From Sedimentisphaerales bacterium (GTDB lineage Bacteria > Planctomycetota > Phycisphaerae > Sedimentisphaerales > Anaerobacaceae): a DNA stretch of 64,000 nt. The position numbers and the translations under genes were made by a program. This document shows positions 10,000-20,939 of this stretch, one piece after another. How positions within the stretch are numbered: position 1 is the first letter of the stretch; each line of letters starts with the position of its first letter. Below the pieces are notes generated by a model. The model did not search any database. It saw only the letters and a list, made by a program, of their open reading frames with translations, and was not told where the DNA came from. The stretch spans positions 128,001 to 192,000 of the forward strand of contig OY970194.1 of assembly GCA_963708075.1 (NCBI GenBank), written 5' to 3'.

Positions 10000-12279
10000 A
10001 TGAACGATGGACCTTCTGTGGCCGCTCCCCTCAAGTCGCGTAGCGGAGCATTGCCGATACTGCCGCTGCATTGTCTGGCATTGTTCCTGGGCTCCTTCCT
10101 GCTCTTCGCGATCCAGCCGATGTTCACGAAGATGATCCTGCCGCTGCTGGGTGGCACGCCGGCGGTCTGGAATACGGCGGTGATGTTCTTCCAGGCGGTG
10201 CTGCTATGCGGCTACCTGTATGCCCATCTTCTGTCGCGGCTGCCCACCGTGCGATGGCAGGTCCTGGTCCATGCGTCGGTGCTGGCTATCGGTCTTCTAT
10301 TCTTGCCTGTTCACCTCGCATGGAGCGATGCATCCTCCAGCGGAGCACATCCCGTGGCCTGGCTGATTGCCTTGCTGACGCTCTCCATCGGTCTGCCGTT
10401 CTTTGCGGTTTCCGCCACGGCTCCTCTGCTCCAGCGGTGGTTCTCCCGGTCAGGACACGTCCACGCTTCTGATCCGTACTTCCTGTACGTGTCCAGCAAT
10501 GTCGGCGGTCTGGCGGCGCTCTTGGCGTACCCGGTCGTGATGGAGCCGTTGCTTGGTCTGTCGGTGCAGAGCCAGGCATGGATGGCGGGCTATGCCCTGT
10601 TGGCACTCACCATCGTCCTGTGTGCGATCAGTCTACGGGCGCTGCGTGCGTCTGAATCCGCCCTCGTTGCGACCCCTGCGCCGGATTCCGGCGGAGTTGC
10701 CTCGGCTCTTTCGGACAAGATTGCCTGGGAGACCCGGGCACACTGGCTCGCGCTGTCGTTTGTCCCTTCCGCATTGCTGCTGGCGGTGACGCTGCATATC
10801 AGCACGGACGTGGCCTCCGTGCCGTTTCTCTGGATCGTGCCGCTGTCGCTGTACATGCTGAGTTTCATCATCGTATTCGCCCGCAGGCCCATCCTGAGAC
10901 ACAAATGGATGCTGTTTTTCCAGATTCCGGTTTACGCCCTGGCGGCCATGTACTTCACGAAGCTGGAGCTGCTGCCGATGTTCGCCCTGGACCTGGGAGT
11001 ATTGTTTGTGACGGCCATGGTCTGCCACGGCGAGTTGGTCCGCCTGCGGCCTGCTGCCAGGCATCTGACGGAGTTCTACCTGTGGATGTCCGTGGGCGGG
11101 CTGCTGGGCGGCGTCTTCTGCGTGCTGATCGCCCCGTTGATGTTCGATACCGTGCTCGAGTACCCGTTGATCCTTGTCGTCGCGTGCCTGGTGCGGCCGG
11201 GGTCCACCGGCGGCGGATGGCTGCGATCTGTGCTCGACGGGGTACTGCCCGCTGCGGTCGCATTGCTCTACGCGTTTATGGATGGCGTCAAGGGCTGGGG
11301 ACCCTTCAGGCACCTTGGAGTTGCAGTCCCCGTGCTCGTGTACATTGCCGTAGCCGGGGCGTTCTACGCCTTCCATCGTCGTCCGCTTCGCCTGACACTG
11401 GCCTTTAGTGTGATTCTCTTCGGCGGGATTCTCGCCGCCGATGACAATGATGGCGACAATCTGCTCTTCCGCCAGCGCAGTTTCTTCGGCGTGTACGCAG
11501 TCCATGACGATCCGGGGGGGAGGGTGCACTCCCTCTATCACGGCAACATCGTCCACGGCGATCAGCACATGGGTGAGGCCGCCGACCGGATACCCACGAG
11601 CTACTACGGCCGGGAGGGGCCGCTGGGGCAGGTGTTCGAAGCGATGCGAGCGGTCCGGCCGGTGAAGCATGTCGCCTGCATGGGCCTCGGAACCGGCACG
11701 ACCGCGTGCTACCACGAGTTGGGACAGACGATGACCTTCTTCGAGGTGGATCCCGCCATGGAGCGGATTGCCCGCGATCCAAGGCTGTTCCGCTATCTCG
11801 AGCTGGCCCCGCCGGGGTTGGACGTTGTCCTCGGCGACGGCCGCCAGAGCATCAGCAGGGTGCCGGACGGGACGTTCGATCTCATCGTGCTCGACGCGTT
11901 CAGCTCCGACGCGATCCCGGTGCACCTGATGACCTGCGAGGCTCTGGCCATCTACATGCGCAAGCTTGCCCCCGGCGGCATCGTGATGTTCCACATCTCC
12001 AACCGGTACGTGGATCTTGAGCCGGTCCTGGCGAACCTGACGGCCGACGCAGGACTGGCCGCCCTGGTGGAGGACTATGAGCCCGACGACGAGTCCGGAG
12101 AACATAACTGGCGATCCACGTGGGCCGCCGTCGCCCGGGACAGCAGGGATCTCGGGATGCTCGACGAGGAGGATGGCTGGCGTGCGCTGGAGCCGGACTC
12201 GGCTGTCGGCCTCTGGACCGACGATTACTCCAACATCTTCCGCACGCTCATCTGGGACGAGTTGCTCCCGTGGCGATGA
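10000..12279 (+). CDS. Membrane protein of the fused MFS-like/spermidine-synthase-like methyltransferase family
   Basis: Multi-TM N-terminus (LLGGTPAVWNT, DPYFLY, CHGEL), RSFFGVY, SAM motif MGLGTG, GDGR, LDAFSSDAIPVHL, WTDDYSN. Confidence 0.85.
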   Translation: MNDGPSVAAPLKSRSGALPILPLHCLALFLGSFLLFAIQPMFTKMILPLLGGTPAVWNTAVMFFQAVLLCGYLYAHLLSRLPTVRWQVLVHASVLAIGLLFLPVHLAWSDASSSGAHPVAWLIALLTLSIGLPFFAVSATAPLLQRWFSRSGHVHASDPYFLYVSSNVGGLAALLAYPVVMEPLLGLSVQSQAWMAGYALLALTIVLCAISLRALRASESALVATPAPDSGGVASALSDKIAWETRAHWLALSFVPSALLLAVTLHISTDVASVPFLWIVPLSLYMLSFIIVFARRPILRHKWMLFFQIPVYALAAMYFTKLELLPMFALDLGVLFVTAMVCHGELVRLRPAARHLTEFYLWMSVGGLLGGVFCVLIAPLMFDTVLEYPLILVVACLVRPGSTGGGWLRSVLDGVLPAAVALLYAFMDGVKGWGPFRHLGVAVPVLVYIAVAGAFYAFHRRPLRLTLAFSVILFGGILAADDNDGDNLLFRQRSFFGVYAVHDDPGGRVHSLYHGNIVHGDQHMGEAADRIPTSYYGREGPLGQVFEAMRAVRPVKHVACMGLGTGTTACYHELGQTMTFFEVDPAMERIARDPRLFRYLELAPPGLDVVLGDGRQSISRVPDGTFDLIVLDAFSSDAIPVHLMTCEALAIYMRKLAPGGIVMFHISNRYVDLEPVLANLTADAGLAALVEDYEPDDESGEHNWRSTWAAVARDSRDLGMLDEEDGWRALEPDSAVGLWTDDYSNIFRTLIWDELLPWR

Positions 12280-12339
12280 AGCATTGATGGCCTGTCCGGC
12301 CAACGCGGAAAAATCTTTTTGAGAACCGGGATTTTTTTC

Positions 12340-12369
12340 TTGTGAGTCTCTACTGGAGTAGATTATAAT
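12340..12369 (+). promoter_or_regulatory. Sigma70-like promoter with a BlaI-type operator in the spacer
   Basis: TTGTGA(12340)-N18-TATAAT(12364); palindrome TCTACT-GG-AGTAGA at 12349-12362 resembles the BlaI/MecI/CopY TACAnnTGTA box. Confidence 0.65.
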
Positions 12370-12397
12370 TTACCACGATAGATATTGTGAGGGATGT

Positions 12398-12793
12398 ATG
12401 GCCAAGATAAACGTGGAATTGTTCGACAGCGAATGGGCGATCCTGCAGGCGGTCTGGGAGCGCGAGCCGTGCGCCGCCCCGACCGTTCAGGAAGCGCTGC
12501 AAGAGGAGAAGGGCTGGGCGTACACGACCGTCAAGACCCTGATGGACCGCATGGTCAAGAAGGGCCTGCTCCAGACCGAGCGGATTCGCAACCTCTACCT
12601 GTACCGGGCCGCGATCACGCGGGCCCAGGCCCAGAGATGCGAGATCATGAAGACGGTCAAGCGGGCGTTCGACGGGGCGCTGACCCCGATGATGCAGTTC
12701 CTGATTGAGAACGAGAAGCTCTCTGATGACGAATACCGGCAGTTGGAGCACCTGATCAGGAACAGGAAACGCGAGAAGAAGACGGACCGCTAA
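12398..12793 (+). CDS. BlaI/MecI/CopY family transcriptional repressor
   Basis: SEWAILQAVW, WAYTTVKTLMDRMVKKG, LYLYRA, FDG. Confidence 0.92.
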   Translation: MAKINVELFDSEWAILQAVWEREPCAAPTVQEALQEEKGWAYTTVKTLMDRMVKKGLLQTERIRNLYLYRAAITRAQAQRCEIMKTVKRAFDGALTPMMQFLIENEKLSDDEYRQLEHLIRNRKREKKTDR

Positions 12794-12845
12794 TCCTTAT
12801 GGGAGGCGCCGTCGCGGAGCCTCCGACAATTAGGGAGGGAGTAGC

Positions 12846-15800
12846 ATGAATGAGTTCATCAGTCTGTTGAATTCGGCAGGTGCGGCATTCGTCGGATTCG
12901 CCGGCCGCATGCTGGTCCAATCGAGCCTGCTGATTGTCGCCGTGGCTATCCTTGACCTGGTCCTGCGCAAGAGGGTCAAAGCCGTCGTCCGCTACTGGAT
13001 CTGGCTGCTGGTCCTTGCCAAGCTGCTTCTGCCGCCGTCGCTTTCGTCCCCAACGGGACTCGCCTACTGGATCGGCGACAAGCTGCCGAGCCTGTCCAGG
13101 CAGGTGGAACTCGCGGATTCACTCAGCCAGGACGTGGAAAGGGCTTCGGCCCACGCGGATGATTTCGACGTACGCCAACGAGAACAGCATGGGCTGAAGC
13201 CCATCCTGCATCAGCCTCAAGCTCGTGATTTTGGCCTGCTTGCGGCTCCCGCGGAAACCACCGAAATCACTGCCGAGACCGGCCATTCCCCGGCTGTCGC
13301 TGTTGAGGTTACTTCAATGCCTGCGATCGCGTGGCAGGCGGCTCTTCTGCTTGCATGGGCGGTTGTGGTCCTTGTGATGGTGGTCCTGTTGATCCAGCGG
13401 GCCTTGTTTGTCCGTAGCCTGGTCGCGCAGTCCGAGGTCGCCCCGGAGACACTGATCGAGCTTTTGAAACAGTGCCGCCGGCGGATGGCCGTTACACAGG
13501 AGTTGGAGCTGCGCTCGAGCTCGCTGTCCATGAGTCCATCCGTGTGCGGCCTATGGCGGCCCACGATCCTTGTCCCCCGGTCTATGCTCGCCCAACTGGA
13601 TGCGACCCAACTGAAATCCGTCCTGCTGCACGAGCTGGCTCACGTCAAGCGGGGCGACCTCTGGGTCAACCTCGTCCAGGCCCTGCTGCAGATTGTGTAC
13701 TTCTTCCACCCTCTGTTGTGGCTGGCGAACATGATCACCCGGCGGGTAAGAGAACAGGCGGTGGACGAGACGGTCCTGGCCGCCATGGGCGAGGAGGCGG
13801 AGGAATACCCGAAAACCTTGCTGAGCGTCTCGAAACTGGCTTTCGGCCGGCCCTCGCTGAGCCTGCGCCTGCTCGGCGTCGTCGAGTCGAAAAAAGCCCT
13901 GACCGCCCGCATCAAACTCATTGTCAGCCGCCCGTTCCCCAAAAGTACAAAGCTCGGATTCGCCGGTCTGATCCTGATCCTCGCCACTGCTGCATTCCTA
14001 TTGCCTATGGCAAAGGCAGAGCCGCAAGAGAAGAAAAACGGCGACACTCCGGAAACGGCCCAGACTGCGGATGTCGCTGAGCTGAGTGCCACCGTGGACA
14101 GCAAATCCCTTGAGGCGAGTCCGGGCGACGAGTCGGCCGATGCGGCGAGGACGATCGAGGGCATCGTTACGGACCCGCTGGGTCGGCCTCGGGGGAACGT
14201 CTATTTTGCCCCTTCCGGAGCGAGTCTGTGGGAAGGGGTCCGCAGCGACGTGCAGGGGCGTTTCGTCCTTAAGGACGTGCAGCCGGGGCAGACGGTGTGG
14301 GCCGCGTGGTCGCAGCCGATGAACGCGATGTCGCTCTTCACGATACCCCAAGGCCGCATCGACAAGCCGATCCACGTGGGGCTCGTCTATACCGAGGCGA
14401 ACATAGAAGGACGGGTCGTCGGCAGCAACGGCGACGGATTAGCCGGCCGCAAGGTGGAATTCGTCGTCAAGGCCGGCAACAGCGCGACCTATATCTCCCG
14501 AGCGCACCGGGAGACGGACAAATTTGGGAACTACGATCACGGGCTGATTCCCTGTGGGGCCGGCCTGACCGTACAGGTGCGGCTGGCCGACGCGAGTGAG
14601 GCCGACGGGGAGTATGTCACGGAGCCGCTCGCCTTGTCCGACGGGCAAATCTTCGTGGCGATGCCGAGACTCGTCATCGGCGAAGGACAGCCGCCGGAGA
14701 CGGACGACGGCAAAATGCTGTTCAAAGGAAAGGTCGTCGATGCGCATCGTGAGGCGATCTGCGGCGCGAGTGCGCCTGACCTTTGATATGCCCGGCTGGA
14801 TGAGCGCGTGGGTGCGGACAACGTTGACTGATAGAGACGGCCGCTGGCAGATGCGCGTGCCGAAGGAGCATGCGAATTTGTCCATCGGTCTGGACCACCC
14901 TGATCATGTGGGTCATCATTTCGACGAATCCTCGGAGAAACCATCGAAACAGGAGCTGCTCGACGGCACGTATGTGCGGATGATGAAGTCCGGCGTGCGG
15001 ATCACGGGCGTCGTGAAGGATGGGCAAGGCAAGCCAATTGAGAATGCCCTGATTACCACCGGGCGGTTCTATAGCTGGTCCCCCTACGGCGAGGTGGACG
15101 AGGATAGCACCACGGCCAGAACGCCGGCCGACGGGACGTTCAGCATCGGGGGCCTGCCCGAGCAACAACTCGATATGGTGGTCTCGGCGACGGGCTTTGG
15201 CCCGTGGGCCATGCCGATCGAGGTTAAGAAGGATATGCCGTCTGTCGAGGTGACGCTATCGCCCGGTCGGACCTACACCGGGCGAGTGGTCGATGCGAAC
15301 GACCGCCCCGTGGAGGGTGTCAGGATTACAATGGATGAGTGGCGGGTCGGCATACGACAGCGTCATCTGACGAAGATCGTGACCACGGATGCCCAGGGAC
15401 GTTTCCGGATGAAGGACCTTCCCGTCGAAGGGACCATCGAGTGCCGGTTCGGCAAGCGCAACAGCGGCCTGATGGGATTCTCCAAGGAGATTCCGGCGGA
15501 CCTGTCGCAGACGGACGAGATCATCATGTACAAAGTGCCTGTCTTCACCGGCAAGGTCATCGACGCGGAAACGCAGAAACCCGTCGCGAAGCTCACAGTC
15601 CGCAGCGGCATTCGCGGCGGCGGTTGGGGCGACAGACCCGGCTGGAGCGACTACTACGAGCAGCAGGTCGATGCCAACGACGGGACATTCACCTATGCAT
15701 GGAATGGTTTCGGAGTCACCCATCCATTCACCGGCGAAGCCCTCCTGAAGATCGAAGCGAAGGGCTACCTCCCTGAGGTCGCTCCGCCGCTCAAGCTCGG

Positions 15801-17250
15801 GCAGGAATCCAAGCCGTTTGTTGTTCGTTTGACCAAAGCCAAGCCGTGGGCGGGGGTCCTGGTGACCGCCCGGGGCGAGCCGGCCGCCGACGCGGAGGTC
15901 GGGTGGGTGGGACCGGACGAGAAGGCGTTCCTCACAGATGGCCGGTTTGACATGCGGGGATTCGCGTATCAGGCCGAGCAGATTGTCAGGAGTGGCGCGG
16001 ACGGCAAGTTCGAGTTGGGCCGCACCCGCGTGGATGGGCTCATCGTGGCGGCCCATCCCGACGGATACACTGTGGTGAAATCGACCGAGTTCACGGATGG
16101 CTCGAAGGTCACGTTGACCCCGTGGGCTCGAATCGAGGGCACGGTTGCCCCCGGTAGCCGCGACGGCGAGCAGCTTACCATTGCGGTGGAGCAGGCGATA
16201 TCGTCGGAGCAGGAGAGGAACGAGTCCGTGCGATGGATGTTCGAGGCCGTGTCCATCACTGGGAATCGTTTTGCCATCGAGCACGTGCCCGCCATGCCTC
16301 TACACGTGGGTGCCATCGTTCGCTGGGAGCACTCCGACCCGGTCTACCTGAAGCCCGAGCCCGGCAAAACGTATTCCATCGAGATTGGGACCCGGGGCCG
16401 TCCCGTAACCGGCCGGATTGTTCATCCTGCTCCCGGCTCGAAAATGGAGATGTCCGATCCCCGGCGGCTGCATGCCGTGGCATACCGGATCGATCCGGAG
16501 CCACCGATGCCGGCCGAGATCAGGAACATGATACGGGCATCCTTCCAGTGGCTGTGGCGCGACGCGGATACTGCGTACGACAGGTCAAAGACCTTCCGGA
16601 AGAGGTCTGTTCCCGAGATCACGGACGATGGTGAGTTCACGTTCGCATCCCTCGCCCCCGGCACGTACGAGTTTGTGATCAACTATCATGTTCCGCTTGG
16701 CGAGAACGTCACCTGTGGCCGGGGGGTGCTTGAGGCCGTTGCCGTCAACCAGTTCACAGTTCCTGATAAAGAGACCTCGACGATCCGTGTGCCGGATATC
16801 CGTCTGCGGCTGCTGACCTATCCCAAAGTTGGTGAACCGGCTCCACTCTTTGAGGCGAAGACGTTCGACGGTGGGACGGTCAAGCTGGCGGACCTGCGAG
16901 GCAAGGTCGTGCTGCTGGACTTCTGGGCCACGTGGTGCAAGCCCTGCGTCGCCCAACTGCCACAGGTGCAACAGATTCATGAGGCATTCGGCGCCGACAG
17001 CAGGTTCGCCATGATCGGCATGTCGCTCGACTGGGATATCGAGAAGGCCGGGAACTTTCCGGCCCAGAGGCAGTTAAAATGGCCGCAGGTCAGCCTTGGC
17101 GATATGGACACGTCGGCAATCGTGAAGCAATACGGCGTCGGGAGTATTCCGACAATGGTTCTGATCGACTCTGATGGCAAAATCATCGCCATGGGCGTTG
17201 CGATAGAGCAGTTAAGAGAGCAGATCCACGTCGCTCTCACCGCCCGCTGA
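12846..17250 (+). CDS. BlaR1-like M56 metallopeptidase sensor with carboxypeptidase-regulatory-like repeats and a C-terminal TlpA/thioredoxin domain (frameshift near 14768)
   Basis: RYWIWLLVL, PSVCG, LLHELAHVKRGD, FFHPLLW, REQAVD; repeated G.V.D..G.P..GA motifs; C-terminal LLDFWATWCKPC; ORFs 12846-14786 and 14596-17250 join at GGCGCGAGTGCGC. Confidence 0.85.
13134..13209. repeat. Degenerate GTAG-type REP doublet in frame inside the M56 gene
   Basis: GTGGAAAGGGCTTCGGCCCACGC versus reverse complement of right arm GCAGGATGGGCTTCAGCCCATGC (17/23 identical); encodes VERASAHA…HGLKPIL. Confidence 0.65.
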
Positions 17251-17274
17251 GCCGCCGGGGTATCCGTGCGTATC

Positions 17275-17832
17275 ATGAAGCCTGAAGATCGTCCATGTTG
17301 GTTCTCACCCACTGATGCTGTCGGTCCGGAAAGCACGGAAGGACTGATCCTGACCGTGCAGGAGCGGCTTTACCCGTTCGTGTCCAACGCGGTCCGCGAT
17401 CACCACGCGGCCGAGGACGTTTTGCAGGATGTCCTCGTTATCCTCATTGAGCAGATGCATTTGCTGCGCCGTCATGACTGCTTCTGGCCCTGGGTCTACC
17501 GCATCGCCTGGAGCAAGGTGCAGGACCATTTCCGGGAGCACAGGCGTGCCGGCCGAATCGCCTCGCCCGGCGGATATGAGCCCGCCTGTCCGGAAGCCGG
17601 CGCCGGCGATCTGCTGGACGCGATGGTCCGCCGGGAGGCCGTCGAGCAGCTTGCCATCGCTTTTGACCGGCTGAATCACCGCTGCCGGGTCGTCCTGTAC
17701 CTTCGCTTCCACGAGCAGATGCCCTATAGCGAGATCGCTTCGGTGATGCACTCGACGCCCGGCCAGGTCCGCGTCCAGTTCCACCGGGCCAAGAGGCTCC
17801 TGCGCGATTCCCTCCTCTCTTCCTGCGCCTGA
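17275..17832 (+). CDS. ECF sigma-70 factor
   Basis: AEDVLQDV, FWPWVYRIA (region 2); LYLRFHEQMPYSEIASVM…GQVRVQFHRAK (region 4). Confidence 0.85.
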   Translation: MKPEDRPCWFSPTDAVGPESTEGLILTVQERLYPFVSNAVRDHHAAEDVLQDVLVILIEQMHLLRRHDCFWPWVYRIAWSKVQDHFREHRRAGRIASPGGYEPACPEAGAGDLLDAMVRREAVEQLAIAFDRLNHRCRVVLYLRFHEQMPYSEIASVMHSTPGQVRVQFHRAKRLLRDSLLSSCA

Positions 17833-17976
17833 AAGCAGGAACGACACAAAACAGGTTTCCGTGCGCAACGTATAGGCATTGCATTGGGGTCCGGTACCGT
17901 GTAAGAATAGGTCCATGGAATGGCCGAGGGTTGTACTTTGGACCGTCATTGAGCCTGTTTTGAGCAGGAGTCTATA

Positions 17977-18570
17977 GTGAACAGTGATTACGATTTCAGG
18001 ATCATGCGCGTGCTGCGTCGCCGGTTGAATCTGACACTACACGCATTGGCGGAACGGTCCGGGCTGACGTATCCCACGGTCGAGTCGATCGAGACGAACA
18101 AGAACCTGCCCTCGCTCAAGACACTCGACGCATTGGCCGGAGCCTTGCAGATCTCCACCAGCGACATGATCGGCCTGGCCGAGCGACGGCTGGTGCAGAG
18201 GCGAAAGGCGGAGATCGAGCCACGCAGCAGCATGAAAAGCGACAAGGGCCTGGAGAACTGCAGGGTGGCGCGCTATGACAAGGGCAAGCTCATTCGTGTG
18301 ACCGCCGAGAAGGGCGACTACGTCCACGTGATGGGATTGCACGAGGACATTCATGAGTTCTGCTACGTCCTCAGCGGCTGCGTAGAGCTGCGGATCGAGG
18401 ACAAGACCTATCGCCTGGAGCAGGACGATACGATCCTCTTCGACGGCCTGCTGGACCACTCTTACACGCAGCTTGAAGCAGGGGAGTACGTGACCGTTCA
18501 CATCCCCAAGGACATCCGGATCCTGGAAAGACTCCTCGAAGGCAAGGCCGAGGACTCGCCGGAGGCATGA
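17977..18570 (+). CDS. XRE-family HTH regulator with a C-terminal cupin domain
   Basis: LAERSGL…IETNKNLPSLKTL; HEDIHEFCYVLSG…ILFDGLLDHSY; RBS AGGAG before GTG. Confidence 0.85.
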   Translation: MNSDYDFRIMRVLRRRLNLTLHALAERSGLTYPTVESIETNKNLPSLKTLDALAGALQISTSDMIGLAERRLVQRRKAEIEPRSSMKSDKGLENCRVARYDKGKLIRVTAEKGDYVHVMGLHEDIHEFCYVLSGCVELRIEDKTYRLEQDDTILFDGLLDHSYTQLEAGEYVTVHIPKDIRILERLLEGKAEDSPEA

Positions 18571-18612
18571 TTGCGGCGCGCCTGCACAACGGGCTGTTGC
18601 CGGTGAGCCTCA

Positions 18613-19752
18613 TCATGTTGTGGCGACAGGAGCTGCGCCGGCTTGTTCGGTGGAGGCATTGCATCCGAGATACCGGTTCGCCAGATCCAGCACGGCTCGG
18701 GCCGGTGCCTCCTTGACCTTCTGGGCCATCGTCACGGCACGGGCCATGTCCTCGTTGGAGACTCCGTGTTTGCGTGCCTGGGCGTAATGGTACTTGAAGC
18801 AGGGCTCACAGTTGGCCGCAATGGCCGCTCCAATCGCCACAAGCTCACCAACCGCCACCGTGTACACTCGCTGCGGTCTTTCCTCGACTCCTGACGCTGA
18901 TCCTTCGGCCTTCTTCGCCGAGACTCCGAGACTGGTGACGTAGTCTCCTGCCTTTGTTCCTTCGGGCAGATTTTCAATGATCTTGTGATACAGCGGATCG
19001 TTCCAATCCATCATGGCATCCACATATCCTGGCTTGGGCGTCAGTTGAATCTCCACCAGTCCCGCTGCCTCCGCCATCGCGCGGGTCTGGTCTACCAGCA
19101 CGGCTCCGGCCACACAGCCGATGAGAGATTCGACCATATTCCGGATCTCCTCCGGCAACGGCTTGAGCAGGGCCAAGTCGGAGATGGCGACGCGCCCACC
19201 GGGCTTCAGTATCCGCCCGATCTCGCGCCAGACCTGGGGCTTGTCCGGCGACAAGTTCAGCACGCAGTTGGAGATCACGACATCCACGCTGGCATCGGCC
19301 AGTGGCAGGTGTTCGATCTCACCCAGCCGGAACTCGACGTTATCAAGGCCCGTTCGCTGCCGGTATGCTGCCACGCCGTGACGTGCCTTGCTCACCATAT
19401 CGGCAGTCATGTCCACGCCGATCACGCGGCCCGTCGGGCCAACCTTCGGCCCCGCAAGAAAGACGTCAAAACCTCCTCCGCTGCCCAGATCCAGAACCAC
19501 CTCGCCGGCTTTGAGCGAAGCCAGGGCCGTCGGGTTCCCGCAGGAAAGGCCCATATTGGCCCCTTCGGGCAGTGTGGCAAGCTCCGCCTCGCTGTACCCC
19601 ACTACGCGGGCCACCTGGTCGGCTGTTCCTGAGCCGCAGCACGATGGGCCACAGCATGTCCCACCGGTCTTTGCGATCTTGCCGTAGCCGTCACGGACAG
19701 CTTCCCGGATCTGCTCCTTCGTGTCCCGATCATGATCTCCAGCCATTGTCAT
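18613..19752 (-). CDS. arsM: Arsenite S-adenosylmethionine methyltransferase fused to a C-terminal CMD/AhpD-like domain
   Basis: [46 protein letters not shown]-terminal [20 protein letters not shown]…GVS. Confidence 0.88.
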   Translation of the reverse strand: MTMAGDHDRDTKEQIREAVRDGYGKIAKTGGTCCGPSCCGSGTADQVARVVGYSEAELATLPEGANMGLSCGNPTALASLKAGEVVLDLGSGGGFDVFLAGPKVGPTGRVIGVDMTADMVSKARHGVAAYRQRTGLDNVEFRLGEIEHLPLADASVDVVISNCVLNLSPDKPQVWREIGRILKPGGRVAISDLALLKPLPEEIRNMVESLIGCVAGAVLVDQTRAMAEAAGLVEIQLTPKPGYVDAMMDWNDPLYHKIIENLPEGTKAGDYVTSLGVSAKKAEGSASGVEERPQRVYTVAVGELVAIGAAIAANCEPCFKYHYAQARKHGVSNEDMARAVTMAQKVKEAPARAVLDLANRYLGCNASTEQAGAAPVATT

Positions 19753-20134
19753 ACTTCCTTTCTCGAATTCTTCCGCGAGCGAACAGGCTCTGTATCTGCT
19801 TCAACCGCCATCACAGTTTCAGGCAGAGTCTCGATGAATCTCCTGATTTCATCGCGCACCCGCCGATAATGACCGAGTGCCTCTTGCTCATCCTTGCTGC
19901 TTTGGGCCAGTCTGGGGGGATCATCGAATCCCACATGAATCATCCGCCGTCCTTCCTTGCTTCGACCAGTCCGGCCTGCCGCAGCAGGTAGATAGGCTTG
20001 GACACGGTCGAGGGCGCCAGAGCGAGCATTGCCACGATCCGGCAAACGCACAACTCCCCGCCCCTCAGTGCCATCAGTATCCGGAGCCGATTCCCGTCGG
20101 CCAACGCTCTCGTGATGTTCACCATCGTTCGCAT
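19749..20134 (-). pseudogene. Deletion-fusion remnant: N-terminal ArsR regulator joined to the C-terminal part of an LMW-PTP-type arsenate reductase
   Basis: MRTMVNITRALADGNRLRIL…ELCVC…PSTVSK…AGLVEARKDG then stop; the adjacent frame reads IHVGFDDPP…HYRRVRDEIRRFI; the ArsC CX5R P-loop is missing. Confidence 0.8.
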
Positions 20135-20146
20135 TGTACGCACCAT

Positions 20147-20173
20147 ATTTCGCCATATGACGAATTATGTCAA
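20147..20173 (-). promoter_or_regulatory. ArsR-type operator palindrome and -35 box
   Basis: ATTTCGCCATATGACGAATT near-perfect palindrome at 20147-20166; TTGACA on the minus strand at 20173-20168. Confidence 0.6.
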
Positions 20174-20293
20174 CAGAAAAATACGCGTCAGTGCGGAAAA
20201 TGTTCGATTCGCGGGAAATCCGTGATGGTTGATGATCAGCGGGAGCTTGTGTACGATAGTATGCAGACTCGATAACGATTGTCAGGTGAGGAC

Positions 20294-20656
20294 ATGTTCG
20301 AACGAAAAAGAGAGAAGCTGCTGCCGTGGCCGAAGTTTGCCAAACGGATGGCGTTGTCGTTCCTGCTGACCGTTTGTATCGTCACCACTGCGCTGACGAT
20401 CGGTATTCTCGGCTATCACTATATCGCGCACCTCTCGTGGATCGATGCCTTGCTGAACGCCTCAATGATACTAACCGGGATGGGCCCGGTAGCGACGCTG
20501 ACAGACACGCCGTCGAAGCTGTTCGCCTCTGCGTACGCATTATTCAGCGGAGTCGTCTTCCTCTCCGCTATTGGGATTGTGCTCACTCCGATTTTCCACC
20601 GGATTTTACACAAGTTCCACTTGGACGATGTGGATGAACAAGATGACTCGAGATGA
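20294..20656 (+). CDS. Small 2-TM membrane protein resembling a potassium-channel pore domain
   Basis: TM, then SWIDALLNASMILTGMGP pore-helix/filter-like segment, then KLFASAYALFSG TM. Confidence 0.65.
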   Translation: MFERKREKLLPWPKFAKRMALSFLLTVCIVTTALTIGILGYHYIAHLSWIDALLNASMILTGMGPVATLTDTPSKLFASAYALFSGVVFLSAIGIVLTPIFHRILHKFHLDDVDEQDDSR

Positions 20657-20685
20657 CAACGCTTCGAGCATGGTCGCAGGGTGTC

Positions 20686-20880
20686 TCATGCTCTGTAGAT
20701 CAGATACAGGCCGGCGAGCAGGACGAGGATGCCGCAGAGTGTTTGAGGATGACCGCGCCTTTGGACTTCTCGTTTCAGTTCAGGTAGCGCTGGACCAGCC
20801 CTGTGCTGGTGCCGGCGACGATGATAACGGAGCAGTGGCCGAGGCCGTAGAGGATGAGCAGTGCGATCCCGTAGAGCAGG
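20686..20880 (-). pseudogene. C-terminal remnant of a CcdA/DsbD-like membrane thiol-redox protein
   Basis: Hand translation: LLYGIALLILYGLGHCSVIIVAGTSTGLVQRYLN*NEKSKGAVILK / LCGILVLLAGLYLIYRA*; internal TGA, a frameshift and no N-terminus. Confidence 0.65.
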
Positions 20881-20939
20881 GCCACGAATACAGATGAAGG
20901 AGTACCCAGCTTATTGTTGCCTGCAATCCCGATCTGAAC

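Noticed and set aside
20770..20782. In-frame TGA in the CcdA-like fragment as possible selenocysteine or recoded Trp
   Set aside because: It lies in a truncated, frameshifted remnant at a likely Trp position, and TGA is a normal stop throughout the window.
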